Assembly (NCBI GenBank): GCA_051362555.1
Contig: CM120644.1
Span: 22,094,534-22,158,533, forward strand
Length of the DNA stretch: 64,000 nt
Direction of reading: 5' to 3'
From: Lingula anatina
Taxonomy: Eukaryota > Animalia > Brachiopoda
Of the stretch, positions 13,901 to 26,200 are shown piece after piece. The position numbers and the translations under genes are program-made. The notes under the pieces were generated by a model. It saw nothing but the letters and a program-made list of their open reading frames with translations. It was not told where the DNA came from and did no database searches. The first letter of the stretch is position 1; each line of letters starts with the position of its first letter.

Positions 13901-16900
13901 TTAAGACTTGCACCCATTTTTAGCTACAGTGCATGAACTTTATACACCTTTCATTTGAAAGACAAAATCATCACATTAAATCACTTTAGAAATGATTTAT
14001 TTTACCAAGGTCCAGTAATATTTTATTTTATCAATTATTATTTTCAATCAGCAGTTTCCAGCTTGTCTTAATTTACAGAGATTTTATTTTATTTCTGCAT
14101 CAGAATCGACAGTAGCCTATTTTGTGCATCATTATTTTCTGCTATTTTTCTGTACATTTGACAGCTTTCCTGCCTTGTTATTTCTACCAGGTCTCACATC
14201 ATGAAGACATGGGAGGGCGGACTGTTCACTCTGTTTGCCATTCTGGTCATCGTCATAGCGGACATTGCAGCGCTGGCCAGCGTAGCCACCAAGATCTGTG
14301 TGGAGAGAGACTGGGTAGTTGTCATGTGTCAGGGTAACAAGGGCAAGCTGGCAAGTAAGTCTATTAATTAGTTCTGATAATTAGATCTGTGTAGAGAGAG
14401 ACTGGGTAGTTGTTATGTGTCAGGGTAACAAGGGCAAGCTGGCAAGTAAGTCTATTAATTAGTTCTGATAATTAGATCTGTGTAGAGAGAGACTGGGTAG
14501 TTGTTATGTGTCAGGGTAACAAGGGCAAGCTGGCAAGTAAGTCTATTAATTAGTTCTGATAATTATAGGAATTCCTATAGGATCCTATAGGAAATCCTAT
14601 AGGAAATGTGCCCTATGGGATCTTATAAGATTTCCTATAGGATCCTATAGGAAATTTTCGTAAGGGATATGCCCCTAACAAGTTGCTGTTTAAAAAGAAC
14701 AACACCTACTGTGAATGAAATGAATATTTCACCTGACGCATCCCATCTTTACTACTTCAGGTCTCAATGCCACAGTGAGAAGAATCGACCTAACGACCGC
14801 CATCTTGGCTCCAGCAGCGGTGGGTCAGATAATGACATACTCCGAGACTGGCACGCTGCCTGCACACGTCGTTGGCGCTATTTTTATCGCATGTTGGAAT
14901 GTGGTGTCCATGTTCCTGGAGTACGGGCTGCTGTACAGTGTGTACAGAAAGGTACCAGAGCTGGCCGTGAAGAGAGTGAAAGGAGAACCAGAGGCTGTGG
15001 AGAACAAACTCACCAGTAGGAGAATGCTTTATCTGCTGCCACTCATGCTTTCTTTCTTTCTTTCTTTCCACATTCCTCTCTTTTTTTTTCAATTCTCCCC
15101 TCAATTTCAATTCTCCCTATTTAACATTTTTCTTCCATTTGTCACTGATGTGATGCAAATGTAGTTCTAGATAGATATTTTACTTCAATTTGAATAGTTG
15201 TTAAGATTTTACTGGGATTGAAGATGTAAGTTGTGGAGATAGTAAAATTGCTAGGACTTATTACTGGAGGAAAACTTGTAAATAATTTGAATAATAATTC
15301 ATGACAGATATTTTATTGCCATAGAAGTTATAAGAAAATATGCTCTTGAAAGAGAACATATTTTATGAAATTTTTGTCAACATCAAGTTGTTGGGAATTG
15401 AATCAGTTGGCTACTGCTCACCATTGCTTGAGCTCTGCTTCTGCTGTTAATCTTTTAATGCTTCTGCTGTTAATCTTTTAAAAGTGTTTGATTTAATGGG
15501 GAATTTTACACCTTACTAATTCCAGCGCCAGAAAAGCCCACAGAGATGGAGCCAGACCTTGCTGGGGAGTTAGAGACAGATAATGAGCTGAACAAGTCAG
15601 AGGAGGAGGCCACGGAGGAGAAAATGCTGCCCAAAGTGGAGAAGAGTGAAGACCAGGAGAAGGTGGAGATGGCTGACGAGGTGGGTTCACATCTGAATGC
15701 CATTCTGACACTGGTTGTTGGGGTACTAGGAGCAAAAGACCTTCACAAAGCAAGAAAAATTATGATAAAAGAAAAAATACTTTTCTGGAAATCTGAACAG
15801 TTATGGTAAAAGAAAAAAGTATCACTAAAGTATGTCCAGTCCAAAACCATAGAGAAAAAATTATAAGCTATAACAAAGAAATTGTATTCTAGGAAATTTC
15901 AACATTTTATTCCTCTTCACTAAGGTACAACCAAACATAGGGAAATTAAATAACTGATGATCTAATCCACAATCTCTCATTTTTATTGTTAAGAGTGAAA
16001 TTTGCCAGTCTCCCTTCTGAGAACAGAAAAAAGCAACAAAACAAAACAAAACAAAAATACTGCTTGATACAATTCTGGTAAAATTCCACCCTCTTACCTT
16101 ATGCATACGTAAAACATTGTATAATTTGAATCACCATAAAAATGTATTAGTACCAAAATGAAATCATGAATATAGCAATTATAATTCCAGGAAGAGTACA
16201 AGTCCCCTTACTCAGCCACCACAGCTGCAGATGAGGAGCTGGACAAGAGTTGTTTCCAGTTGATGTTCTCCAAGTTCATCGTTCTTTTCACAGGCTGGGG
16301 CATCTACATGAGACAGTCTGTAATGTTAGCAGGACTCGGGCTGGCCTTTCTCTACATGACTGTCCTGGGCTTTGATAACGTTACCGTGGGTACGTGTCAC
16401 ATGACTGTCACACAACTGCTGGGGTTTGACTTATTTTGGGGGAGGGGTGTGTAAATTTCACTTGTAAGTGACAAGGTCTTCATGGGGACAATATTGCCAT
16501 TTTTGGACCAATTCTGTCACTCTTTTCACATTTTAAATTTATAAGCAGTATCTGCTAACTTTTTTTTCAGTGTCATTCATTTATTGAAATTTTACCACAA
16601 TTTGCAAGGAATGATACCATAAACAATTTTTTAAAATTTTTCAATATTTTATGAATGGCACAATCAAAATCAAAGCTTTTAATAATATCGACTATGATAA
16701 GCACCTTTCAGTGCGGAATTTTTTTATGCTGTCTCAGTAACTTTCCCTGTATTCCAGGTTATGCCTTCTCACAAGGTTACACAGAGTCCATTCTGGGAAT
16801 CTGCATGGCGATTGGCTCCTTGATGGGAATCCTGGGAACTGTGGGATTTACCTTCCTTCGCAAACGGATTGGAGTTGAGCGCACGGGCCTGTTTGGGTTC

Positions 16901-18142
16901 AGCCTGGAAATCTCTTGCCTGACGCTGTGCGTAGTCTCCATTTGGACCCCTGGCAGTCCATTTATTGGCTATCACGACACATCCCAAAAGTATACAATAA
17001 CGACGTGCGAGCTGAAGCCACCTCAGGGTAATGCCACAGTGCTGCCCCCTATTGTTGTGAGTGGCATTGTTCCGGTATTACCAACTTCACCAGAAAACAA
17101 TACAGATTTTGGACGACGACGACGTCGCTCAGTTCCCTTTGATTCCCAACATCAATACTCATACTTCATAAATGATGACTTTTCTACAGCTGGGATGCTT
17201 CAGCCAATCAGAATGGAGAATATAATCAGTTTCCATGACAACCAAGATGTTAGTGTCCATGGAAACAGTCATGTGATTGTAAAAAGACAAGCTAATAATG
17301 TATCTCTAGCAACCACCCCCGAGGGGTCTGTGGATGACTCGCCACCCTCCGTGCTGGCTCTTCCTTTTGATGCCTCTTATAACTTTTCAAATGCCAGCAA
17401 CGAGGCAGGAACTTTTGACAATGCCACCCACACTTGTAAGACTGAAGTCAAAGGTTCTCTGATATCTGTGTCTCTCTTCATAGCTGGGATCATCACTGGC
17501 AGGTTTGGTGAGTACACACGTGGATTGAGAAAGAATCTTTGCTGCTACAGAATCCCATACAGAAACATTTCTTAAGGAGATGTATAGTGTCACATTTAGT
17601 AAATGATTTGACCAGTAGGTTATTACAGGTTGCTTAAAAACAAACGGAAATATTCTGAGTGAAATGCATTAAAATTACTAGTAAGACTAAGTTCTACTGC
17701 AGCTTACATTTGCAGTTGCCATGTGGACGATTGTTTTCTAAAATTTTTCACCAACACAACTTGTTTCTCTCCAGGCCTCTGGATGGCAGACCTGTCTGTG
17801 ACACAGCTGATCCAGGAGAACGTTGCGGAACAGGAGCGCGGAGTAGTCAACGGTGTCCAGAGCTCACTAAACATGTTACTGGACATGGTCAAATTTTTAC
17901 TGGTGATTGTCGCTCCTCGCCCAGATACTTTTGCCATCTTGATTATTTTGTCCTTTAGCTTTGTTTGCTGCGGAGGAGTGTTTTATGCCCTGTACTCGAG
18001 AAAAATTCGCGGTCATCTATTCCATTTTGAGAAGTGCGTGTGTTGCAGGGCGGGTCCTCGGACGCCGAAGAAGGATCACACGAGTTTGGCGGTCATCACA
18101 GCAGAAACGCCAAATGCTAGTACAAGTACTGTAGTGACATAA
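10980..18142 (+). CDS. SLC40A1: Ferroportin (SLC40A1) iron exporter, 10 coding exons
   Basis: Exons approx 10980-11007, 11680-11747 (YFSHTLSAW), 12261-12417 (GDRMW..GDWIDRNMRL), 12990-13068, 14191-14354 (ICVERDWVVV), 14761-15016 (LNATVRRIDL..LAPAAVGQIMT), 15526-15681, 16191-16389 (GLGLAFLYMTVLGFD), 16759-17507, 17776-18142 (GLWMADLSVTQLIQENVAEQERGVVNGVQSSLN). Confidence 0.96.
14292..14564 (+). repeat. 3 x 91-bp tandem repeat of ferroportin exon 5 3' end + donor + intron start
   Basis: AGATCTGTG...GCTGGCAA|GTAAGTCTATTAATTAGTTCTGATAATT starts at 14292, 14383 and 14474. Confidence 0.95.
14565..14666. repeat. Cluster of CCTATAGG palindromes, probable transposon subterminal remnant
   Basis: About five exact CCTATAGG palindromes plus variants, ending GGAAATTTTCGTAAGGG. 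Confidence 0.55.
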
Positions 18143-19699
18143 TGTTATGTGTCATGGCTATGTTTAACATTTGGAGATAGAAAAAGAGAAAAAGGTTGAT
18201 ATGGAACTGTCCATTGGTATTTTAATAGTTGCCAGGCACACAGCAACAAGATTCAAATGAGAAATATGCTTCTGGCTGCCAATTACTTCTCTTCAAAGAG
18301 TTGTGACCACTTTGTGTTGCAAAAATGCAGTGTAACATTTTAGATATTAACAACAAACTGCATTTACTTGGACACTTATTAAAAGATATATAGGCTTGGT
18401 GTTGTACTGCATTTTTAATTCTGTTTTATCCGAGAAAAAAATATTGTATTGTCAGTTTTTCATTTGTTGTATTGTGAATAAAAATAAGGCAAAGGTTAGG
18501 GGTAAGTGCATCCTATTTGAGGCTTTTCTTGCCAGAGAGTGCCACCTATTGAACACTGCCATGACAACAGTCATATCTGTTTTACAAAAAAGGAAAAAAG
18601 TTAAAGAAGCTGGCTTCTCTCAGCTGGCCCAATATCATTATTATCATTATCAATATCTTTGACAAGGTTTTAAAGGCACAATTGATTATTAAATAATTGA
18701 TTTATTTTGGCCATTTTATTGTGGATAAATACTTTATATTTTTGGTGAAGGTAAGAAATGAAACATATGACAGCGCACTTTTCCAATGCATCAATTTCTT
18801 AATTGTGAAATGGCTTTACCAGCTGACAATAACAGACACCCAGGTGTGGACTACACTATAATTTTGCTTTTTCCCCCAAAGAAATCCCCTGTATTAACTA
18901 TAGTTTTAGCCATTTGCCTAGTATTAGTATTGTTACGTATTTATACAGAACATTCTTTGTGTTAAGAATGTGATGATGGAATTTTAGTTCCCATAGTATT
19001 TTTGGAATGAACAGTTTAACCAAAGGCCCTGACTGAGACAGGAGACAGTAGAGCAATAGTTTGATCGAGTTTGTGCAGTGATTTTCAATTGTGGACAGTA
19101 GATAGGACCTTGTACCGTATAGAAGACCGGAATCTGACTTGTTACTTGCATGGAATTGAGAAAATGAGTTTTTATCGTTAAGTTTTAACGGCTCTCTTTG
19201 TAATTTAGAGCCATTTGTTTTACAATGTTTTAATGTTAGTGGTTTAGATTGCATGTTGAGAGAAAGTCTCAGATCATTGTGATAAGTAAATATTGTAATC
19301 AAGTCATGGTATGTCAAATGATCATTGTGATAAAGAGGGAACATGTTATCTGATATTTTTCTAATTTCATAGTGTTGTGTTATTACAAAGATTATTCCAT
19401 TTCTGCAACTGGAGGGAGGAAAACAGAGGTTATTTTACCCAACTTCGACACCGATTAGATCTTGATCATTCAACCAAGAGATAAATTTTCTTAGACTGTA
19501 GTGTGCTTTCAAATATTGAACTCTACTCCCTTGTGAACATGGATAATCTTGTATTCAATGTCAGGAAGATGTTCAATCATAATTGTGATGTAAATTCTGT
19601 CCATTAGATTAAGGCATATCACAATTTCTTCTCTAACATTCTCTCGCCTCGGGCAACTTCCAAGTGTTCCTTGCTTTTCAGTAAAATTTGTTACATTGC

Positions 19700-19730
19700 T
19701 TATTTAATAAAAGTTGCAATAATAAAGTAT
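19700..19730 (+). terminator. Candidate ferroportin polyadenylation signals
   Basis: Two AATAAA hexamers close together ~1.6 kb after the stop, just before the convergent WDR75 3' end. Confidence 0.4.
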
Positions 19731-20211
19731 ATTGTACTAAAAAAAAGACTTGTTTCTTGAAAAAAATCCAAGGTTGCAGCCATGGTCAGAATATAAAAGA
19801 AAAGAAAGCTTTTTCAGGAACCACTTGGCCAATCCCCCACTGCAAGCTTGTCTCTTGATAAATATCAACTTACATGTCCTCACAAGAAAATACAATATTC
19901 CCGTGATGTTTGTAAAACTTTCAAAAACACTAAAAACAGATCTCAACATGGCTTACTTGAATCAAATAGCAGCTCAGTTACATTTCAGAAAGCAAAATGC
20001 AACCACTGAAACAGAAAAAAACCCGTCTGTCTTATAATTTTTATTCTTCATGTTTTTCGACAAAATTATATTTTGAAATTCAGATAAAAAAGGTGCAGTC
20101 ATCCAGCATCTACACTGTCTATCAAATGATCTTGAAGCTTTCTTTGTCGTCTTTATTTTAAATAATTCTAAAGGAAATCGAGAGCCTTCATTTCTTCGTT
20201 TTCAGAATAAT

Positions 20212-23200
20212 TTATTTGTTAAATAAATTAGAAACCCAATGAACCTTTTCTCCAGACAATTTCTCCAATATGTTTTCATCAATGACTTCTTCAGTCCTCC
20301 ATATTTTTTCTGAGTCTGCACTTTCCATTTTGTCTTGAGATCGTGTTTTGTGTACAAACATTTCATTGGTTTGTTCTGACACATCCATGGCACTTTCAGA
20401 GTCAGATTCTGATTGGTCTGAAATGTCACCTGACTGGTCATCAGAATCACTGTCATCCTCCTCTTGTACTCTGAAAATTTGAAAGAAGTAATAAAAAACC
20501 TTAATAAAGATTGCTCACATCAAATCTACAAACAAAATGTAGAAATGTTTCCATGTGTGTACGCACTCTAGTATATCTTCACAAAATTAATTCACAAACA
20601 TTTGACACCAAATCACTTGACAAAACAGTGGACACTGGCAATATCTTACGCAGATACCACAACACTAACATCAACACCAATAATGGACTGCTTAGAAGCA
20701 AAATCAAAATGTTTATCTTGCAGGTAGATATCTGCATATCAACTAGGCTGTGACAGCTCAACAGCTCATCCAGTTTAAACACAAAGACTGTTAGGAAAAC
20801 TGAAATTCCTCTAGTCAGTTATGTGAACTAGCCCCTACGGTGAAAATTCTCAACACCATGCCTAACAGGTAAATTAAACACCTTTTAAGCCTCTTTAGAA
20901 ATGATTCAAATCTGTCTTTAAACAAGAGATAATGAAGATGCTCTTTTTACACATCAAATATTAGCAGTAAACAAAGATGGAAACAAATACAAGCTACTGA
21001 TTGAAGAAAAAGGACAGCTTCATCTTCATTCCCAGCAAAGATGGCCTCATCTCACCTGGTTTTCTTCTCCTTCCCCAGCAGTAATGTCTTGATGAATGTA
21101 CCACACAGAGAGTTCACAGGGGGCAGCACATGTGCCGGAGTCCTCAGCAGCTGAAATGATACAACACCACATTATTACTGTGATAAAATTTTTTAAAAAT
21201 GCCTATGTTTTCACCATGGCAAAGGCCAGCTATTATTTTCCAATAATAAACAGATTGGTAAGTGGTACCATAACAGCTCCTAACAGACAACTGAAAAGTT
21301 TCATGTTATCAATTATGGCAGCTAACATGAAACTTAAAGGAAATGCCATGGGTTTCACACATCTTTTACAGATGTACAAGCAAAACTGCAAAACATTTGC
21401 ATACTGTGAAAATATAAATATATATATATTCTTTAAATTCATCAATGGACTTGCAAAATTATATTACCATGGAGGCAATTTCGTGTCCTAATCATGGGGA
21501 CTTCAGTACACCATTACATGAGCATGGGTAAGTTGCAAAAACTAAAAAATCCTGAAATAAGCTAGCTTGCATTCTCTCATTGCATTTAGACCATATGAAA
21601 AAAAAAAAAAAACAGTCAAAATGACGGAAAATCCTGAAATCAGGCATAATCCTGAAAACTTTCACCCATGCATGAGAGATGTTACAACCTGAAGGAAACA
21701 GACTTATAAACTCACTACACTAAGGCTTTCATTTGCAAAATTTGAACAATTTGGGTGCCATACCTCCTGCAAACCCTCAGCTCCACTCTGGCTCCTCTTG
21801 GCTTCCAGTGGAAGAGCTGTGCTAGACAGTGCTGCCCTCTTACGGTTTCTACTCAAAAGAAGACTGAATGGAGTTTGAGGTACACTTTGATGAATTTGTG
21901 ATTGTTCCCTTGTAATGTCAGCTTTTTCATCACTTTCAGTTTCTATAGATAATAGTTCTTGTTTTCTATTGAAAATATACAACTTTGATTCTCTCTGCCA
22001 AGACAGTTCTTCATTTAATTCAAGGTTTCTTTGATCCTTTTTATGATCATTTGGTATGAAAATTGCACCAATCACAGCAGAGGAGGACAAGTTGCCATGG
22101 TGATATAATGGTTGGGCATCTGATGGCTTGAAGACGTATACTGAAATACAAGAGAAAAAAACAAATGTGAAGAAACAACTAGCCCATAAATGTCGGACTT
22201 CCAGAGTCCAAATCGATTCTCATTACCATGCATTCCATCGCTGGTCAAAGTTTATACATGAACTGATAAAAAAATTCAAATGAAAACTGATCTCATGAGC
22301 TTTTAAAATTCTATAAAAATACTCAATACACACTTAAAGATACTTGAAGTTGACCAGTAAATACTCACAGTCCCAGCCTGCACTGCTGTCCTGACCATCA
22401 CTGACCACAGCCATGTGCTCCGACAACGGATCCACCACCAGCACCTCCGCTTTCAACCCCACGCTCCACAACAGTGAGCAACTCAACAGGTTCCAAACTA
22501 ACAGCTTGTTGTTTGTTGTACAAACCAATAGATGGCAGCAAAGTTGCCTGCCAAAGGCAATGTGTCTGCAAATAAAAACAGAAGGAATGGGGTCATTCAA
22601 TGTCTGATGAAAAACTATAATTCTACGGTTGATGTATTGTTTTCTGTAACTGGTAGTTTTAGTTGATGTCAACCCAACTTTATCTTTTCTAAGCAATTTT
22701 CATTTTACACAGAATGAGAAAATGAAAATATTTAGAAACAAAATGGAGTTGCTCAGAATCACAGCCAAGGAGCTTGGGGTCATCAAGGTCATCTCAGACT
22801 TTGCGAAACCACAGAAGCTAGCTTTCATCACAGCAACATGCTGTAAACAATCTATATGTCTTCGGCTCTTCTTCTGGAATTGGTTATCCCAAGACCATTT
22901 TCATCAACCATATTCTACAGATACTTACTTTATCTCATCCCCCTCATCGCCACAAGTGAGCGTGGTCTTCAAGGCATTCGTGTCCGGGTCCCACAGTGTC
23001 AGGGTGTGACCAAATCCCACGGCAAGGAGGGAGCCGTCCTCAGAGAAGTCAGCAGCACAGGCCGGTTGCTCCTTATAGTAACCCACTGACTCACAATTCC
23101 AGCAACTGCTCGTCTCTGAGATATAGATAACAGATTATCTTCACCATATTTTGATTGAACAACATTTTTGGCAATATCTAATTTTTCTTGCTTAATTTCA

Positions 23201-26200
23201 AAATAAAATAGTAAGATTTTCACTCTGTGAGTAAAAAAGGATAAAAAAATCCGATGAAGTTTCCACATTTAAACTTATATTTCAATATCCACACACTTTG
23301 ACAAAGAAACACAAAATGATATAATAATAACTTAAATGTTACTGAACACAGACTCACATTTTCTAACCATTGTAAGTTTACACAGCAAGGTTTACTCACT
23401 ATAAATATCACTGTCTTCCACCAAAGTCCATATCTTAAACTTCCCATCCCTGCTAGTGGTAAGACACAGAGGTGTCCTAGACCCGTTGCCATGGGAACGG
23501 AACTTAAGAGTATGGATGATGTCTGAGTGAGGAAGGTCAACTGTGGTGTTGAGAACAAACCTGAAGATAATTACAGAATGTGAGAATTCCCTTTTTTAAT
23601 AAAGATTTTTATGTCTCTGAAACATATCTGTTCCTTTAAAAAATCTGAAAATGCAGACATTGGCATCATCTATGACACATTCTATAAAAAGAGGGTGGTA
23701 ATGAAGCACTATTTTTGTGAAAACAAAGGTCTAGAGAATAGCCTGGTTCGCAGGGCCTCAAGGTCATCTCAGAATCCACAGCATCAAAATGACCCTGACA
23801 TGTTATAGGCTGTGTTCAGAAGGGAAATTATTGTATTAGCAGGATTGATCTATCTCAGCGGGGATTCTTGTTATGGAGCAGTCAATGAAATCAGCTTCAT
23901 TGTCTGGCACACCCCCTCATAACTTAAAGTACTTGAATAAAGTTAGGAAAACTTTGTGGTCCATGATGTTGTTCACGTTGCTTTGTGAAGGGGGCTGATT
24001 ACACTGACTGTGCCTCAGCGAAAATCTCGGCTGAGATAGATAGATTATGATAACTTCTGTACAGAGCCATAAGCTATCCACCAAAGCAGTCAAGGCTTGG
24101 CCAAGTTTTACCACAACCAGCTGCTCAGCTGGGTAACCCTTTAAGTTGAAAATCAGCGCAAAGGTGAGATGAAAAAATCAAACTCACATCTGGGACTCCT
24201 TCATAAACTGCCAAAACTTCAAGACGATCTCTACAGCCGTCTCTCCATCTTCTCTCCTCTGGACCGTGGCCAGCCAGTCCCCCCCATCGTCAAATGCAGC
24301 TTTCTCCAGCTCTGTGTGCACCAGGGGGCGCTGCAGATTGTCTGGGGAGACGTAATTCTGCTGGACAATGTCCAGCTGGAAATAAATAGAATTGTGATCA
24401 GCATCCTTGATACAGAGAACCGAATATCAAAGTACAAAGCTCGGTTTTTAAGCAAAAAACAAATTAGAGAAAGGAAAAAAAGTAAACAAACCAATGGACT
24501 TTTTATACAAACACTGGTCAGACAAGCTGAAGAATTAATTTAATGTCAAATACTGATAAAAATATTTTACTAATTGTTTATTAGGATACAGATCAAATAG
24601 TTATATAAAAGAAAGGTGGTAGCCTTAGTTACATAAATTTTCGTCAGGTCTGATTTTAATCTCAAAACTGACTAAAGATGTTTTTATTTTTTCTTTGAAA
24701 AAATGGCCACTGGGCAAAAAATCACTACTATTGGCAAGATGGAAATTTCTCCAGTGGGAAACAGTTTTCTTGTGCAGAGGTCTACTACCAAACGCCAGCA
24801 GAGAGAAGATGCTGGTGTAAGCGAACCCTCCACTGATTTCTGTGGCACAAATCCGACACCCAGCATGCACCATATGAGCAGACTGGGCTGTAATTTTGTG
24901 CAGCTGCAAGAGGTTAAGATACCAGAGGCAAGACATTAACTTGGCCTAAACTTTAACACCAAAATTTTATAGTCTATTTTAACTCCAGTTAAACTGGTGG
25001 TCATCCACTTATTGTAGATGAAAAATTGTGCTTGTTTTTGTACTCAAAAAGAGATTACAAATGATACAGTAACAGTACTATTTTGCACTGCATATCTGCC
25101 TTCGCTGGCCCCAAACTTGCTATTGCTCCTATACACTTTTATACGGAAACTAAATAGGATATTTTCCACTATTTGGATAACATAACATTAACTTATTCCA
25201 CACCTTCACCTACATTGTACAAATGCCTATCACTGTGAAGTGAATAAAACTGCAGATGTCCTGGCTTCCCATTGGTCACCAGGGCCTTGGTTCTGGGGTC
25301 TACAAGTAGTCCCACAGGGGCTGGCTGATGTTTGTGGTGTGGAAGGTGGGCCTGAGTCAGACCCTGGTATAACTGGACCACCTTGAAACCAGGGTTGATC
25401 AGCTGGATCACTGGAAATTGGTAATGATTTTTGTCAGTTATTCACAACATCTCAACTTAAAAACAACAACAACAATAATAAAATATGTTGGTTCACTGAT
25501 ATATCTGTAACTGAAAGGAAAACTTTCTCTAAATTAGAGCACAGTACACCCAACTTAAAATAAAACTTGTCACATATTTTGGCACTTATCATACTTTTAT
25601 ATCTTCTAATTTCTCCGTTCCCCTCAAAACAGTACACTATGGAAGTAAAATTAAACATCTATTCATTTTGAGTCTATATTTTCACCAAGATTCCATAGGC
25701 TTATCTAAAATACAGTCACATATAATTCATCAACATCTACCATTATCTGAATGGCAAGTAGCGTAGAGTGTGTTGTCATGGGAACAGGTCACGTGATCAA
25801 TGGGTGCCCCAAGCCTGGGTCTGAAATCCTTGTGATGGGAGTTATACTGCCACTTAACCAGGACGCACTCATGGCCGCCGCTAAGGAAGTACGAACCTGG
25901 AGTGAAACATCGTTATCATAAACCTTTATTATTCTAAATGCAATGCAGATGAATTCAAGCACAAGTTTTGTCCTTAGAAATCAACAGAACAAAAAAGCAT
26001 GACATTATGATTTTTTAACTGCCAGTTGTACATAAAATGAAATTTACCCAAGTTTGGTAGCAGATATAAATCACATAATATGACACGTTACTTTACAAAA
26101 CCAAATTTACAGAAGATGAAAATATTACAAAAAAGTAATATTTTTCTGTGTGCAACTTGAATAGTCAAGGGTGTGTTATTTAAACAGACCTTCTGCAGTG

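Noticed and set aside
18318-18342. 3'UTR AAAATG-CAGTGT-AA-CATTTT as IRE
   Set aside because: Loop would be 8 nt and C-bulge spacing is wrong.
23735-24950. Telomerase RNA, RNase MRP/P or U17 identity for the folded intron segments
   Set aside because: No CTAACCCT template, no paired CR-I/CR-V motifs, no U17 m1/m2 motifs found by eye.
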